Shown here in pieces: positions 9,191 to 19,518 of a DNA stretch of 64,000 nucleotides; position 1 is the stretch's first letter, and each line of letters starts with the position of its first letter. The notes beneath the pieces are model-generated. The model saw only the letters and a program-made list of their open reading frames with translations, ran no database searches and was not told the origin of the DNA. A program made the translations under genes and the position numbers. This DNA is from an uncultured Gemmatimonadales bacterium (GTDB lineage: Bacteria > Gemmatimonadota > Gemmatimonadetes > Gemmatimonadales > GWC2-71-9): the NCBI GenBank assembly GCA_963825055.1, contig CAWGSK010000013.1:160001-224000 (forward strand). The letters run 5' to 3'.

Positions 9191-9893
9191 AGTACGCACC
9201 GGCCCCTCGGTCATCGCGCACCGCGGGGCCTCCGCCCAGGAATACGAGAACTCGCGCGCGGCATTCCGGCGCGCGGTGGAGTTGGGCGCGGACGGGGTCG
9301 AACTCGACGTGCACACCACGGCCGACGGGGTGGTGGTCGTGCACCATGACCCGGACCTCCCGGGCCTGGGTCCGATCGCACGGCTGGCATTCCCTGCCCT
9401 GATGGAAGCACGCCTGCCCAACGGGGAGCCCGTGCCCACGCTGGCCGAGGCGCTGGAGATCCTCCAGGGGCTCGACGTGTACGTGGAAGTCAAGCGCCTC
9501 CTGCCCGAACGGGATGCGCTGCTGCTCGCGGTGCTGGACGCCGGCCCCGAGCCGGCACGCTACGCCGTTCACAGCTTCGACCACCACCTCATCCGGCGGC
9601 TGTCACGGCTTCGCCCCGGCCTGTCCCTCGGCATCCTCCTCTCGGCGAGAACCCTGTGGCCCGAGCGGATGATGGACGAGGCAGGCGCGTCCACCCTCTG
9701 GCAGCAGCAGGAGGGCATCGACGCCGGGCTGGTCGAGCGGGTACACGACGGCGGGGGGAAGGTGATCGCCTGGACGGTGAACACCGAGGCCGATGGCGCG
9801 CGCCTGGCGGCGCTTCGCGTCGACGGCCTCTGCGGCAACTACATTGACCGGCTCCGGGCCGTTGCCCCGGGGAGCCCAGGGGTACAGGCATGA
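9183..9893 (+). CDS. glycerophosphodiester phosphodiesterase family protein
   Basis: VIAHRGASAQEYENS lies in frame upstream of the tracked GTG 9276; GADGVELDVH and AWTVN follow. Probable CTG start at 9183. Confidence 0.85.
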   Translation: MPEVRTGPSVIAHRGASAQEYENSRAAFRRAVELGADGVELDVHTTADGVVVVHHDPDLPGLGPIARLAFPALMEARLPNGEPVPTLAEALEILQGLDVYVEVKRLLPERDALLLAVLDAGPEPARYAVHSFDHHLIRRLSRLRPGLSLGILLSARTLWPERMMDEAGASTLWQQQEGIDAGLVERVHDGGGKVIAWTVNTEADGARLAALRVDGLCGNYIDRLRAVAPGSPGVQA

Positions 9894-10753
9894 CGACTGA
9901 GACGAAGCGGGTGGCCGTGATCGGCGCCGGAACCATGGGGGCCGGGATCGCCCAGGCGGCCGCGACCGCAGGCTGGAAGACGGCGCTGGCCGACGTGGAC
10001 GAGGACACCCTGACCCAGGGCCTCGACCGGATCATCCTGACGCTCGACGGGGCCGTCGAGCGGGGGAAGATGACCCCTGACGAGCGCTCGGCGATCCGGA
10101 ACCGGATTCACGGCGATACGCTCGAGGCGGCCTGTCGCGATGCCGACCTGGTCATCGAGGCTGTCGTGGAGGACGCCGCGGTCAAGGCCGACGTGCTCAA
10201 GCGGGCGGCCGCGGTGGCGGCGGACAACGCACTCCTGGCCACCAACACCTCCTCGCTCTCGGTGGGCGATATCGCCGCCGGCCTCCCCCGCCCCGGCCGC
10301 TTTCTGGGGCTTCACTTCTTCAACCCGGTGCACCTGATGCGCCTGGTGGAGATCGTGGTGCATCCGGGCACGGATGCGGCGGCGCGGGCAGAGGCGCTGG
10401 ACATCGTGAAGGCGATGGGCAAGGAACCGATCGTGGTGAACGACACCCCCGGGTTCGCCTCCAGCCGCCTCGGTGTGGTCCTGGGCCTCGAGGCGATGCG
10501 CATGCTGGAACAGGGCGTCGCCTCCGCCGCGGACATCGACCGCGCCATGGCCCTGGGCTACAACCACCCGATGGGCCCGCTGCGCCTGACCGACCTCGTG
10601 GGACTCGACGTCCGTCTCAAGATCGCCGAGCACCTGCACGCGACCCTGGGCGGAGATCAGTTTGCCCCGCCCGACATTCTCCGCCGCCTGGTGGCCGAAG
10701 GGAAGCTCGGCCGCAAGACGGGACACGGCTTCTACGACTGGAAAGGCGCATGA
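9890..10753 (+). CDS. 3-hydroxyacyl-CoA dehydrogenase (PaaH/Hbd-like)
   Basis: GAGTMGAGIA, TNTSSL, GLHFFNPV, GYNHPMGPL, LGRKTGHGFYD. Confidence 0.93.
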   Translation: MTTETKRVAVIGAGTMGAGIAQAAATAGWKTALADVDEDTLTQGLDRIILTLDGAVERGKMTPDERSAIRNRIHGDTLEAACRDADLVIEAVVEDAAVKADVLKRAAAVAADNALLATNTSSLSVGDIAAGLPRPGRFLGLHFFNPVHLMRLVEIVVHPGTDAAARAEALDIVKAMGKEPIVVNDTPGFASSRLGVVLGLEAMRMLEQGVASAADIDRAMALGYNHPMGPLRLTDLVGLDVRLKIAEHLHATLGGDQFAPPDILRRLVAEGKLGRKTGHGFYDWKGA

Positions 10754-11532
10754 GCGAACCCGAACTGATCCTGACCGAGGTGCACGGCGCCGTCGCCGTG
10801 GTGACCATCAACCGTCCCGAGAAGCGGAACGCGCTGAGCAGCCCCCTCCGTGCGCAGCTCATGGGCGCCCTCAACGGCCTCCGCGGCAATGACGAGGTGC
10901 GGGTGGTGGTGATCACCGGCTCCGGCGACAAGGCCTTCGTGGCGGGCGCCGACATCGGCGAGTTCGAGGGGCGGACCCCGGTCGACCAGTTCCGCGTCAT
11001 GAAGGAGCCGACCATCTTCGAGGCGGTCGAGACGTTCCCGAAGCCCGTCATCGCGATGATCAACGGTTTTGCGCTGGGTGGAGGCTGCGAGCTCGCCATG
11101 GCGTGCGACATCCGCGTCGCGGCCGACAGCGCCCGCCTGGGCCAGCCCGAGGTGAACCTCGGCATCATCCCGGGGGGCGGCGGCACCCAGCGCCTCCCGC
11201 GCCTCGTCGGCCTCGGCCAGGCCTTCCGCCTCCTGTTCACCGGCGACCTGATCGACGCCACCGAGGCGGCCCGCATCGGGCTGGTGGACATGGTCGTACC
11301 CGCCGCCGAACTGCGGGAGCGCACCATGGAACTGGCGGCGAACATCGCCACCAAGAGCCCCGTCGCCCTGCAGCTGGTCAAGGAGGCCGTCCGCGCCTCC
11401 ACCCGGACATCGCTCGACGAGGGCCTGCGGCAGGAAACCACGCTCTTCGGCATCGCCTTCGCCAGCGAGGACAAGGCGGAGGGAGTGAAGGCCTTTCTCG
11501 AAAAGCGCAGGCCGGAGTTCAAGAACCGCTAG
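10750..11532 (+). CDS. enoyl-CoA hydratase (PaaF/Crt-like)
   Basis: AFVAGADI, GGGCELAMACD, QPEVNLGIIPGGGGTQRL. Confidence 0.93.
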   Translation: MSEPELILTEVHGAVAVVTINRPEKRNALSSPLRAQLMGALNGLRGNDEVRVVVITGSGDKAFVAGADIGEFEGRTPVDQFRVMKEPTIFEAVETFPKPVIAMINGFALGGGCELAMACDIRVAADSARLGQPEVNLGIIPGGGGTQRLPRLVGLGQAFRLLFTGDLIDATEAARIGLVDMVVPAAELRERTMELAANIATKSPVALQLVKEAVRASTRTSLDEGLRQETTLFGIAFASEDKAEGVKAFLEKRRPEFKNR

Positions 11533-11673
11533 GCGGTAAGCGGTGAGCGGTAAGCGGTAAGCGGGAACTGCCCCGCATTTCGAGATGGCTGCATGCCAGG
11601 CAGGTCCCGCTCACTGCTCACCGCTTACCGCTTACGCTGTTCCCATTATCGCTCACCACTTACGCTGTTCCCA
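11533..11673. repeat. heptamer GCGGT(A/G)A array plus inverted array (long hairpin), and a 15-bp direct duplication
   Basis: 4 units 11533-11560 + GCGGGAACTGCC pair with GGCAGGTCCCGC-TCACTGC-TCACCGC-TTACCGC; CTTACGCTGTTCCCA occurs at 11631 and 11659. Confidence 0.9.
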
Positions 11674-11681
11674 GGAGTACC

Positions 11682-12539
11682 ATGTCCGCTCCCATAACAG
11701 ACATCCACATTCACATCCAGCCCTGGCGGCAGCTCAAGCCTGCGGTCATGGACGTGATGCGGAAGGGCAAGGAGGACCACTGGGAGCGGCTGATCGAGCT
11801 CATGGAGGACCCCGCGGCCCTGCTCGAGGTGATGGATGCGGGCGGGATCGACCGGGTCGGGCTCATCAACTACCCGAGTCCGGACCTGATGGGCTTTGAC
11901 AACTCCACCAACCAGTTCGCGGCGAACTATGCGACACACGACCCGGAGCGGCTGCTGCCGTTCGGCGGCGTGCATCCACGCTACACGAAGGACCCCGAGG
12001 GCGATGTCGACCGGCTGATCGGCATGGGGATCCGCTGCCTCAAGATCCATCCTCCGCACCAGCTCTTCCCCGCCAACGCCTACACCGAGGGGCTCGAGGC
12101 CCTGGGGCGGATCTACCGGCGCTGCGAGGAACGCGGCCTTCCGGTGATGATTCACACCGGAACGAGCGTCTTCCCCGGCGCGCGCTCCAAGTGGGGGAAT
12201 CCGCTCGAGCTGGACGACGTGGCGATCGACTTTCCGGACCTGCGTATCCTGATGGCCCACGGCGGACGGCCATTCTGGATGGACCAGGCGTTCTTCGTCC
12301 TCAGGCGGCACCGGAACGTGTACCTCGAACTTTCCGGTATTCCGCCCGCCCGGCTCCTGGACTACTTTCCCCGACTCGCCGAGCTGGCCGGGAAGACCCT
12401 GTGGGGCACCGACTGGCCCAGCCCCGGTGTCCGGGACCTCCGGCAGAACCTGGACCAGTTCCTCGCCCTGCCACTCGACCCTGCCGTACAGCAACGCATC
12501 ATCTCCGGCAACGCCCTGGCGGTCTTCCCGCCGGCCTGA
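11682..12539 (+). CDS. amidohydrolase family 2 protein
   Basis: DIHIH, KIHPPHQ, IHTG, MAHGG, WGTDWP; AGGAG RBS. Confidence 0.88.
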   Translation: MSAPITDIHIHIQPWRQLKPAVMDVMRKGKEDHWERLIELMEDPAALLEVMDAGGIDRVGLINYPSPDLMGFDNSTNQFAANYATHDPERLLPFGGVHPRYTKDPEGDVDRLIGMGIRCLKIHPPHQLFPANAYTEGLEALGRIYRRCEERGLPVMIHTGTSVFPGARSKWGNPLELDDVAIDFPDLRILMAHGGRPFWMDQAFFVLRRHRNVYLELSGIPPARLLDYFPRLAELAGKTLWGTDWPSPGVRDLRQNLDQFLALPLDPAVQQRIISGNALAVFPPA

Positions 12540-12564
12540 CGGCCCACGAGCCCTGGAGCGCTTC

Positions 12565-13958
<1,394 letters not shown>

Positions 13959-13962
<4 letters not shown>

Positions 13963-15203
13963 AATACACCCTGCACTTCCTCCTGGCCGGTGTCCTGGCC
14001 GGCACGCCCGCCGCCGCCCAGACTGTCGCCATCACCGGCGGCACCGTCTATCCGGTGAGCGGCCCGAAGATGGACAACGCCACGGTGCTGATTCGTGACG
14101 GGAAGATCGTGGCCGTGGGTCCGGACGTGACCGTCCCCGCGGGCGCCACCCGGATCGACGCCACCGGCAAGTGGGTTACGCCGGGCTTCTTCCATGGGAA
14201 GACGACCGAGGGACTGTCGGTGGTGGGCTCGGTCGGCGAAACCAATGAGCAGTCCATGGAGGGCGACATCAACGCGTCGTTCAACGTGGCGGACGGGATC
14301 AATCCACGGGCGGTGACCATCCCCATCGACCGCCTCGAGGGCCTCACGACGGTGGTGAGCATGCCCTCGGGTCGCTTCATCCAGGGCCAGGCGGCCGTGA
14401 TCGACATGGACGGCGCGACGATCGGTGACCTCCTGGTGCGCTCCCCCGCCGGGATGGCGGTGGATCTCACGTCGGGCAGCAAGGGTGCGGTCGGTGGCAC
14501 CCGTGCCGGGCTGGTCGAACGGCTGCGGCAGCTGCTGGACGATGCGAAGGAGTACGCCCGGCGCCGTGACGATTACCGCCGGAACCAGATCCAGGAACTC
14601 TCCGCCACCGCCGCGGACCTCGAGGCCCTGCAGCCGGTGCTCGCCGGCCGGGAGCCCCTCCTCGTGACCGCGAACCGCGAGAGCGACATCCGCGCGGCCC
14701 TCGGCATCGCGAAGAGCTACAACCTCAAGATGGTGATCCTGGGAGGGCAGGAGGCGTGGACGGCGACCGATGCCCTGAAGACGGCCAACGTTCCCGTCGG
14801 CATCAACACGCTGATCAACACGCCTGACTTCGATGCGCTTGGCGCCCGGCTCGACAATGTCACGCTGGTGGCCGAAGCGGGCGCCCCGTATTTCATCATC
14901 GAGGGCGAAACCGGCGGGCCCCGGAACCTGCGCTACGCCGCGGGTGAGGCGGTGCGGAATGGACTCAGCTGGGAGCAGGCCCTCGCCGCCATCACCCTGA
15001 TGCCGGCCCGCGCATACGGCCTGGACGACCAGTACGGCTCCCTGGAACCGGGGAAGGTCGCCAATGTGGTCGTGTGGAGTGGGGACCCGCTCGACTTCCC
15101 GGCCGAGGCCGAGCACGTGCTGATCCGCGGGAAGGACATGCCGCACGAGAACCGGCAGACGGAACTGCGGGAACGGTACCGGGAGCTGCCGCCGAGCTAC
15201 TAG
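13959..15203 (+). CDS. secreted amidohydrolase-fold protein lacking the HxH metal motif
   Basis: Signal peptide; IDATGKWVTPGFFHG and GSLEPGKVANVVVW; ATGA overlap with the previous gene. Confidence 0.82.
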
Positions 15204-15345
15204 TGAGTAGTGAGTAGTGAGTAGTGCTTGGCTGTGGGGTCCTGCTCGGGCGTTCGGGCCATCTTGGGATGTGGGCTACCACGCGCCAGAACCACGCCTC
15301 CAAGCACTACTCACTACTCACTACTCACTACTCACTTCTCACTCA
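15201..15345. repeat. heptamer TAGTGAG array plus inverted CTCACTA array; perfect 31-bp stem
   Basis: 15201-15231 is the exact reverse complement of 15300-15330; the element is bounded by the stop codons of two convergent genes. Confidence 0.97.
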
Positions 15346-15747
15346 GGCCGGCTCGCCTTCCCCTGCCGCGTCCGGGTCGCTCGAGGTCGCCTGGGTGGAC
15401 TCGTCGAGGTCGGGATGGCGGTCCTCGCCCGGCTTCTGCTCCTCCCCTTCCTCTTCCGACTCCACCGTCTCGACCTCGGCATTTATCGCGCCCATCTGCC
15501 GCTCGGTCTTGCGGATGGCCGCCTCCACCTCGTCCATGCGAAGGAGCAGGCCCTCGATCCGCTCGCCGGGCACCTCGCCACCGCGCTCCCGCTTGTGGTA
15601 GAGCCGGCCCAGGTCCATGGCGGTGGTGTCCCGCTTGCGGCGGAGGCGTAGCAGCTCGATCTGCAGCCGTCCCTCGTCGAGGGCGCTCTGTGCCCTGCGG
15701 CCGAAGGTCTCGAGTTCCTGGTTCAGGCGGGAAATGAGGGAGGACAT
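15343..15747 (-). CDS. hypothetical coiled-coil protein with acidic tail
   Basis: Helical, charged translation; GAGG RBS upstream. Confidence 0.72.
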   Translation of the reverse strand: MSSLISRLNQELETFGRRAQSALDEGRLQIELLRLRRKRDTTAMDLGRLYHKRERGGEVPGERIEGLLLRMDEVEAAIRKTERQMGAINAEVETVESEEEGEEQKPGEDRHPDLDESTQATSSDPDAAGEGEPA

Positions 15748-15768
15748 GGGGGCCTCGGGGTGAGCGTT

Positions 15769-15800
15769 AGTCGTTGAGTCGTTGAGTCGTTGAGTCGTTG
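15769..15800. repeat. 8-bp tandem AGTCGTTG x4
   Basis: Four perfect units; no inverted partner nearby. Confidence 0.95.
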
Positions 15801-15867
15801 GGCCTTACGATGGCGCGCCGGGAGATGTTTCAACCTGCACCGCCAAGCGCATTATCCACAAGTTAAC

Positions 15868-15897
15868 CAAAGAAAAGGGGCGCCTGAAAGGCGCCCC
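15868..15897 (-). terminator. Rho-independent terminator of rplU-rpmA
   Basis: Minus strand GGGGCGCCT-TTC-AGGCGCCCC followed by TTTTCTTT. Confidence 0.85.
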
Positions 15898-15921
15898 GTC
15901 ACACTGTGGAAACTCGCGGCG

Positions 15922-16191
15922 TCAGGCGCTCGCGGCGACCTCGGGATAGACCGAGACCTGCTTCCGCTTCTTGTCCTTATGCTCGAACTTCACCACGCCG
16001 TCGACCAGCGCGAAGAGCGTATCGTCGTGCGAGCGGGACACGTTGGTGCCCGGGTGGAACTTCGTGCCGCGCTGCTTGACCAGGATCATCCCGGCCCGCA
16101 CCTGCTCGCCGCCGAACTTCTTCACGCCGAGGTATTTCGGATTGCTGGTCCGACCGTTGCGGCTGCTGCCGACGCCCTTTTTATGTGCCAT
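15922..16191 (-). CDS. rpmA: 50S ribosomal protein L27
   Basis: [14 protein letters not shown]...QRGTKFHPG...DDTLFAL. Confidence 0.99.
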   Translation of the reverse strand: MAHKKGVGSSRNGRTSNPKYLGVKKFGGEQVRAGMILVKQRGTKFHPGTNVSRSHDDTLFALVDGVVKFEHKDKKRKQVSVYPEVAASA

Positions 16192-16195
16192 GCCG

Positions 16196-16510
16196 TTACC
16201 CGACCTTCACGTCAGTGATGCGGACCTCGGTGAACTTCTGCCGATGTCCGGTCTTGCGGCGATAGTTCTTCCGCCGCTTGAACTTGAAGACGTAGATCTT
16301 CTTTTCCTTGCCCTCGCCCAGGACCTCGGCCTCGACCGACGCGCCGGCCACGAAGGGGGCGCCCGCGTTGATCGCATCGCCATCCGACGACAGGAGGACT
16401 TCGTCGAAGGTCACGGTCTCGCCGGGTTCGGCGTCCATCCGGGGAATCCGGAGGACATCGCCCTTGCTGGCCTTGAACTGCTTCCCAAGTGCCTTGAAAA
16501 TCGCGTACAT
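16196..16510 (-). CDS. rplU: 50S ribosomal protein L21
   Basis: MYAIF..GKQFK...[17 protein letters not shown]; adjacent to rpmA. Confidence 0.99.
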   Translation of the reverse strand: MYAIFKALGKQFKASKGDVLRIPRMDAEPGETVTFDEVLLSSDGDAINAGAPFVAGASVEAEVLGEGKEKKIYVFKFKRRKNYRRKTGHRQKFTEVRITDVKVG

Positions 16511-16556
16511 GAGTCAATCCTGACGGTGGTCTGACTGGTCCGGAAACAAGCCCGTA

Positions 16557-16586
16557 AGTATAGTGGCAGGGCCGGGTTCGGGGCAA
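16557..16586 (-). promoter_or_regulatory. putative sigma70 promoter of rplU
   Basis: Minus strand TTGCCC-N18-TATACT. Confidence 0.6.
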
Positions 16587-16599
16587 GGGGGAGGGGAGG

Positions 16600-16680
16600 A
16601 GGCAACAGGCAACAGGGAACAGGGCTCCACGGCGGCCCGGAGTCCCTCTTCCCTCCTTCCCCATTCCCTCTTCCCTGTCA
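16600..16680. repeat. degenerate heptamer AGG(C/G)AAC array plus inverted pyrimidine-rich array
   Basis: AGGCAAC AGGCAAC AGGGAAC AGGGCTCC ... GGAGTCCCT CTTCCCT ... CTTCCCT. Confidence 0.65.
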
Positions 16681-16750
16681 GTTCCCTACCTTCCGTCCAT
16701 CCACCGGAAAATGCGCCCGCCCCGCTCCGAACCCCCACTGGAGACCCGGC

Positions 16751-17206
16751 ATGATCAGTTTCCGTATCAATGGCAAGCGGGTGGAGGGCACCTCCTCCCC
16801 CGATACACCACTCCTCTGGGTCATCCGTGACGAGCTGGGCCTCCCCGGTACCAAATTCGGGTGCGGGATCGGCCAGTGCGGCGCCTGCACGGTCCATCTG
16901 GACGGGGAGGCGGTGCGCTCGTGCCAGACGCCCCTCTCGGCGGTGGCCGGGAAGTCCGTGACCACCATCGAGGGGCTCTCGCGCAACGGCGACCATCCGG
17001 TCCAGCGGGCGTGGGTGGCGGAGCAGGTCCCGCAGTGCGGCTACTGCCAGAGTGGGCAGATCATGTCCGCAGCGGCGCTGCTCCAGGGGAACCAGACGCC
17101 GACCGACGATGAGATCGACACCGCGATGGAGGGGAACATCTGCCGCTGCGGGACTTACCAGCGCATCCGGAAAGCCGTGCACCGCGCGGCGGGAGGTGGC
17201 CGATGA
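16751..17206 (+). CDS. (2Fe-2S)-binding subunit of an IorAB-type molybdoenzyme (isoquinoline 1-oxidoreductase alpha-like)
   Basis: [35 protein letters not shown]. Confidence 0.95.
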   Translation: MISFRINGKRVEGTSSPDTPLLWVIRDELGLPGTKFGCGIGQCGACTVHLDGEAVRSCQTPLSAVAGKSVTTIEGLSRNGDHPVQRAWVAEQVPQCGYCQSGQIMSAAALLQGNQTPTDDEIDTAMEGNICRCGTYQRIRKAVHRAAGGGR

Positions 17207-19352
17207 CCGCCAGCGGACTGAGCCGCCGGGACTTCGTCCGGGCCGGTGTGGCCACCGGGGCCGGGCTCACGATTGCCGTCCACCTCTCGGGCTGCGCGCC
17301 GCGCGGCAAGGAGAGCACCGCCGCGAAGCCCCGTTCCATCCCAACGCCTGGGTGCGGGTCGGCACGGACGGCATCGTCACACTCGTGGTGGACCGGTCGG
17401 AGATGGGACAGGGGGTAACCACGGCCCTGCCCCAGATCCTGGCCGAGGAGCTCGACGCGGACTGGAAGATGGTTCGGTTCGTCCAGGGACCCGCCGGCAA
17501 GGAGTACGTGAACCCTGCCTTCGGGATGCAGGGCACCGGTGGCAGCACCAGCGTGCGGGCCGCGCTGCAACCCCTGCGCGAGGCCGGCGCCCGGGCCCGC
17601 GCCATGCTGGTGGCCGCGGCCGCGCAGGAGTGGGGCATCGAGCCCTCGGCATGCCAGACCGCGAACGGCGAGGTGATCGAGGCAAACGGCCGGCGGCGGC
17701 GCTCCTACGGCGACCTGGCCCAGGCCGCGTCGGCGCTCCCGGTGCCGGAGGAAGTGACCCTCAAGGACCCGGCAGACTTCAAGCTGATCGGGAAGCCCGT
17801 TCCCCGGCTCGACATCGCCGACAAGGTGACGGGCCGGGCCGGGTTCGGAATTGACGCGACTGCCCCGGGCATGCTGGTGGCGGTGCTGGCACGCTGCCCG
17901 GCGTTCAGCGGCACGAACACGGGCTATGACGAGGCCGCGGCGAAGGCGGTGCCCGGTGTGAAGCACGTCGTGAAGCTCGATTCAGGGATTGCGGTGGTGG
18001 CGGACGGGTACTGGAATGCGAAAAAGGGGTGCGACGCCCTGAAGGCCACGTGGGACCGCGGCGCGATGGCGGGGGTCAGCAGCGAATCCCTCCGGCAGCA
18101 GTTCGTCTCCCTCGCCTCGAAGAAGGGCGTGGTGGCGCGCAACGACGGCGATGCCGACCGGGCACTCCGGCGCGCCGCGAAGCGGGTGGAGGCCGAGTAC
18201 GAAGTGCCGTACCTCGCGCATGCCACCATGGAGCCGATGAACTGTGCGGCCTGGGTCCAGGCCGACCGCTGCACGGTCTGGGCGCCCACCCAGTTCCAGT
18301 GGGGGCCGGGCAGCGGTGTGCAGGGCGTCGCCGCGCAGATCGCGGGCGTGCCCCAGGACGCGGTGGACGTCCAGACGACGTACCTGGGTGGCGGGTTCGG
18401 CCGCCGCTTCGAGCTGGACTTCGTGGTGGAAGCGGTGCAGCTCTCGAAGGCCGTCGGCGCGCCGGTCAAGGTGATCTGGCCGCGCGAGGACGACGTGGGA
18501 CATGATTTCTACCGTCCCGCCACGTACAACCGCCTCGCGGCAGGGCTGGACGCCGCGGGCACGCCGGTCGCCCTGACGCACCACATCGTGGGCCCGTCGA
18601 TCATGACCCGGTTCGAGGCGGCGTTCGGCCCGCTTCCGAACGGGCTGGACGCCAGCTCGGTCGAGGGCTCGGCCAACATGGGCTACGGCATCCCGAACCT
18701 GCGGGTGGACTGGGTCCGGGCCGACGTGGGCGTCCCCGTCGGCTTCTGGCGCTCCGTGGGCAATTCCCAGAACGGGTTCATCGTGGAGGGCTTCATCGAT
18801 GAGCTGGCCCACGCGGCCGGCCAGGACCCCTTCGAGTTCCGCCGGCGCCTCCTGGCCAACGCGCCGCGCCACCGCGGCGTGCTGGAACTGGCCGCGGAGA
18901 GGTCGGGGTGGGGCTCCGCCCTGCCCGCCGGCCACGCGCGGGGCATCGCCGTCGTGGAATCCTTCGGGAGCTACGTGGCGGAAGTGGCGGAGGTCTCGGT
19001 CGAGAACGGGAAAGTCCGGGTGCACAAGGTCACCTGCGCCATCGACTGCGGCGTGCACGTGAACCCTGACATCATCGCGGCCCAGATGGAGAGCGCCATT
19101 GTCTTCGGCCTCACCGCCGCACTCTATGGCGAGGTCACCATCGAGGACGGCGGGGCGAAGCAGAGCAACTTCCACGACTACCAGATGCTCAGGATCAACG
19201 AGATGCCGGTCGTCGAGGTGCATATCGTGCCGAGCACCGAGGGACCGGGCGGGGTCGGCGAGCCCGGCACCCCGCCGATCGCCCCGGCCGTGGTGAACGC
19301 GATCTACGCGGCGACGGGGACCCGGGTGCGGAAGCTGCCGATAAGGCTCTAG
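17203..19352 (+). CDS. molybdopterin-binding subunit (IorB-like) with Tat signal, frameshifted near 17320-17333
   Basis: LSRRDFV Tat leader in ORF 17203-17418; the body ([34 protein letters not shown]) is in the other frame. One extra base would join them. Confidence 0.88.
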
Positions 19353-19356
19353 AGGC

Positions 19357-19513
19357 GGTAAGTGGCAAGTGGCAAGTGGAGTCTCCACTCGCTACTTGCC
19401 ACTTGCTGGTTAAACAACCGGATCGGCAGTCGGCAGTCGGCAGTCGCGGTGGTACTCACCGCCCAGGCACCAGTCAGTAATCACTAGTCACTAGTCACCA
19501 GTCACTAGTCACT
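19357..19513. repeat. three adjacent heptamer arrays (AAGTGGC hairpin; TCGGCAG x3; TCAC(T/C)AG x4+)
   Basis: 19357-19381 pairs with 19383-19406; TCGGCAG at 19423-19443; TCACTAG at 19481-19513; lies between convergent iorB-like and RNase genes. Confidence 0.9.
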
Positions 19514-19518
19514 CCCCG

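Noticed and set aside
7163..9493. Long antisense ORFs (also 17982-19388, 23148-25268, 36800-39127, 38622-40952, 48367-50784, 53388-55400)
   Set aside because: Shadow frames of high-GC3 genes with no recognisable motifs.
15217..15737. Plus-strand ORFs containing LLTTHYS repeats
   Set aside because: Translations of the CTCACTA heptamer array, antisense to a more plausible gene.
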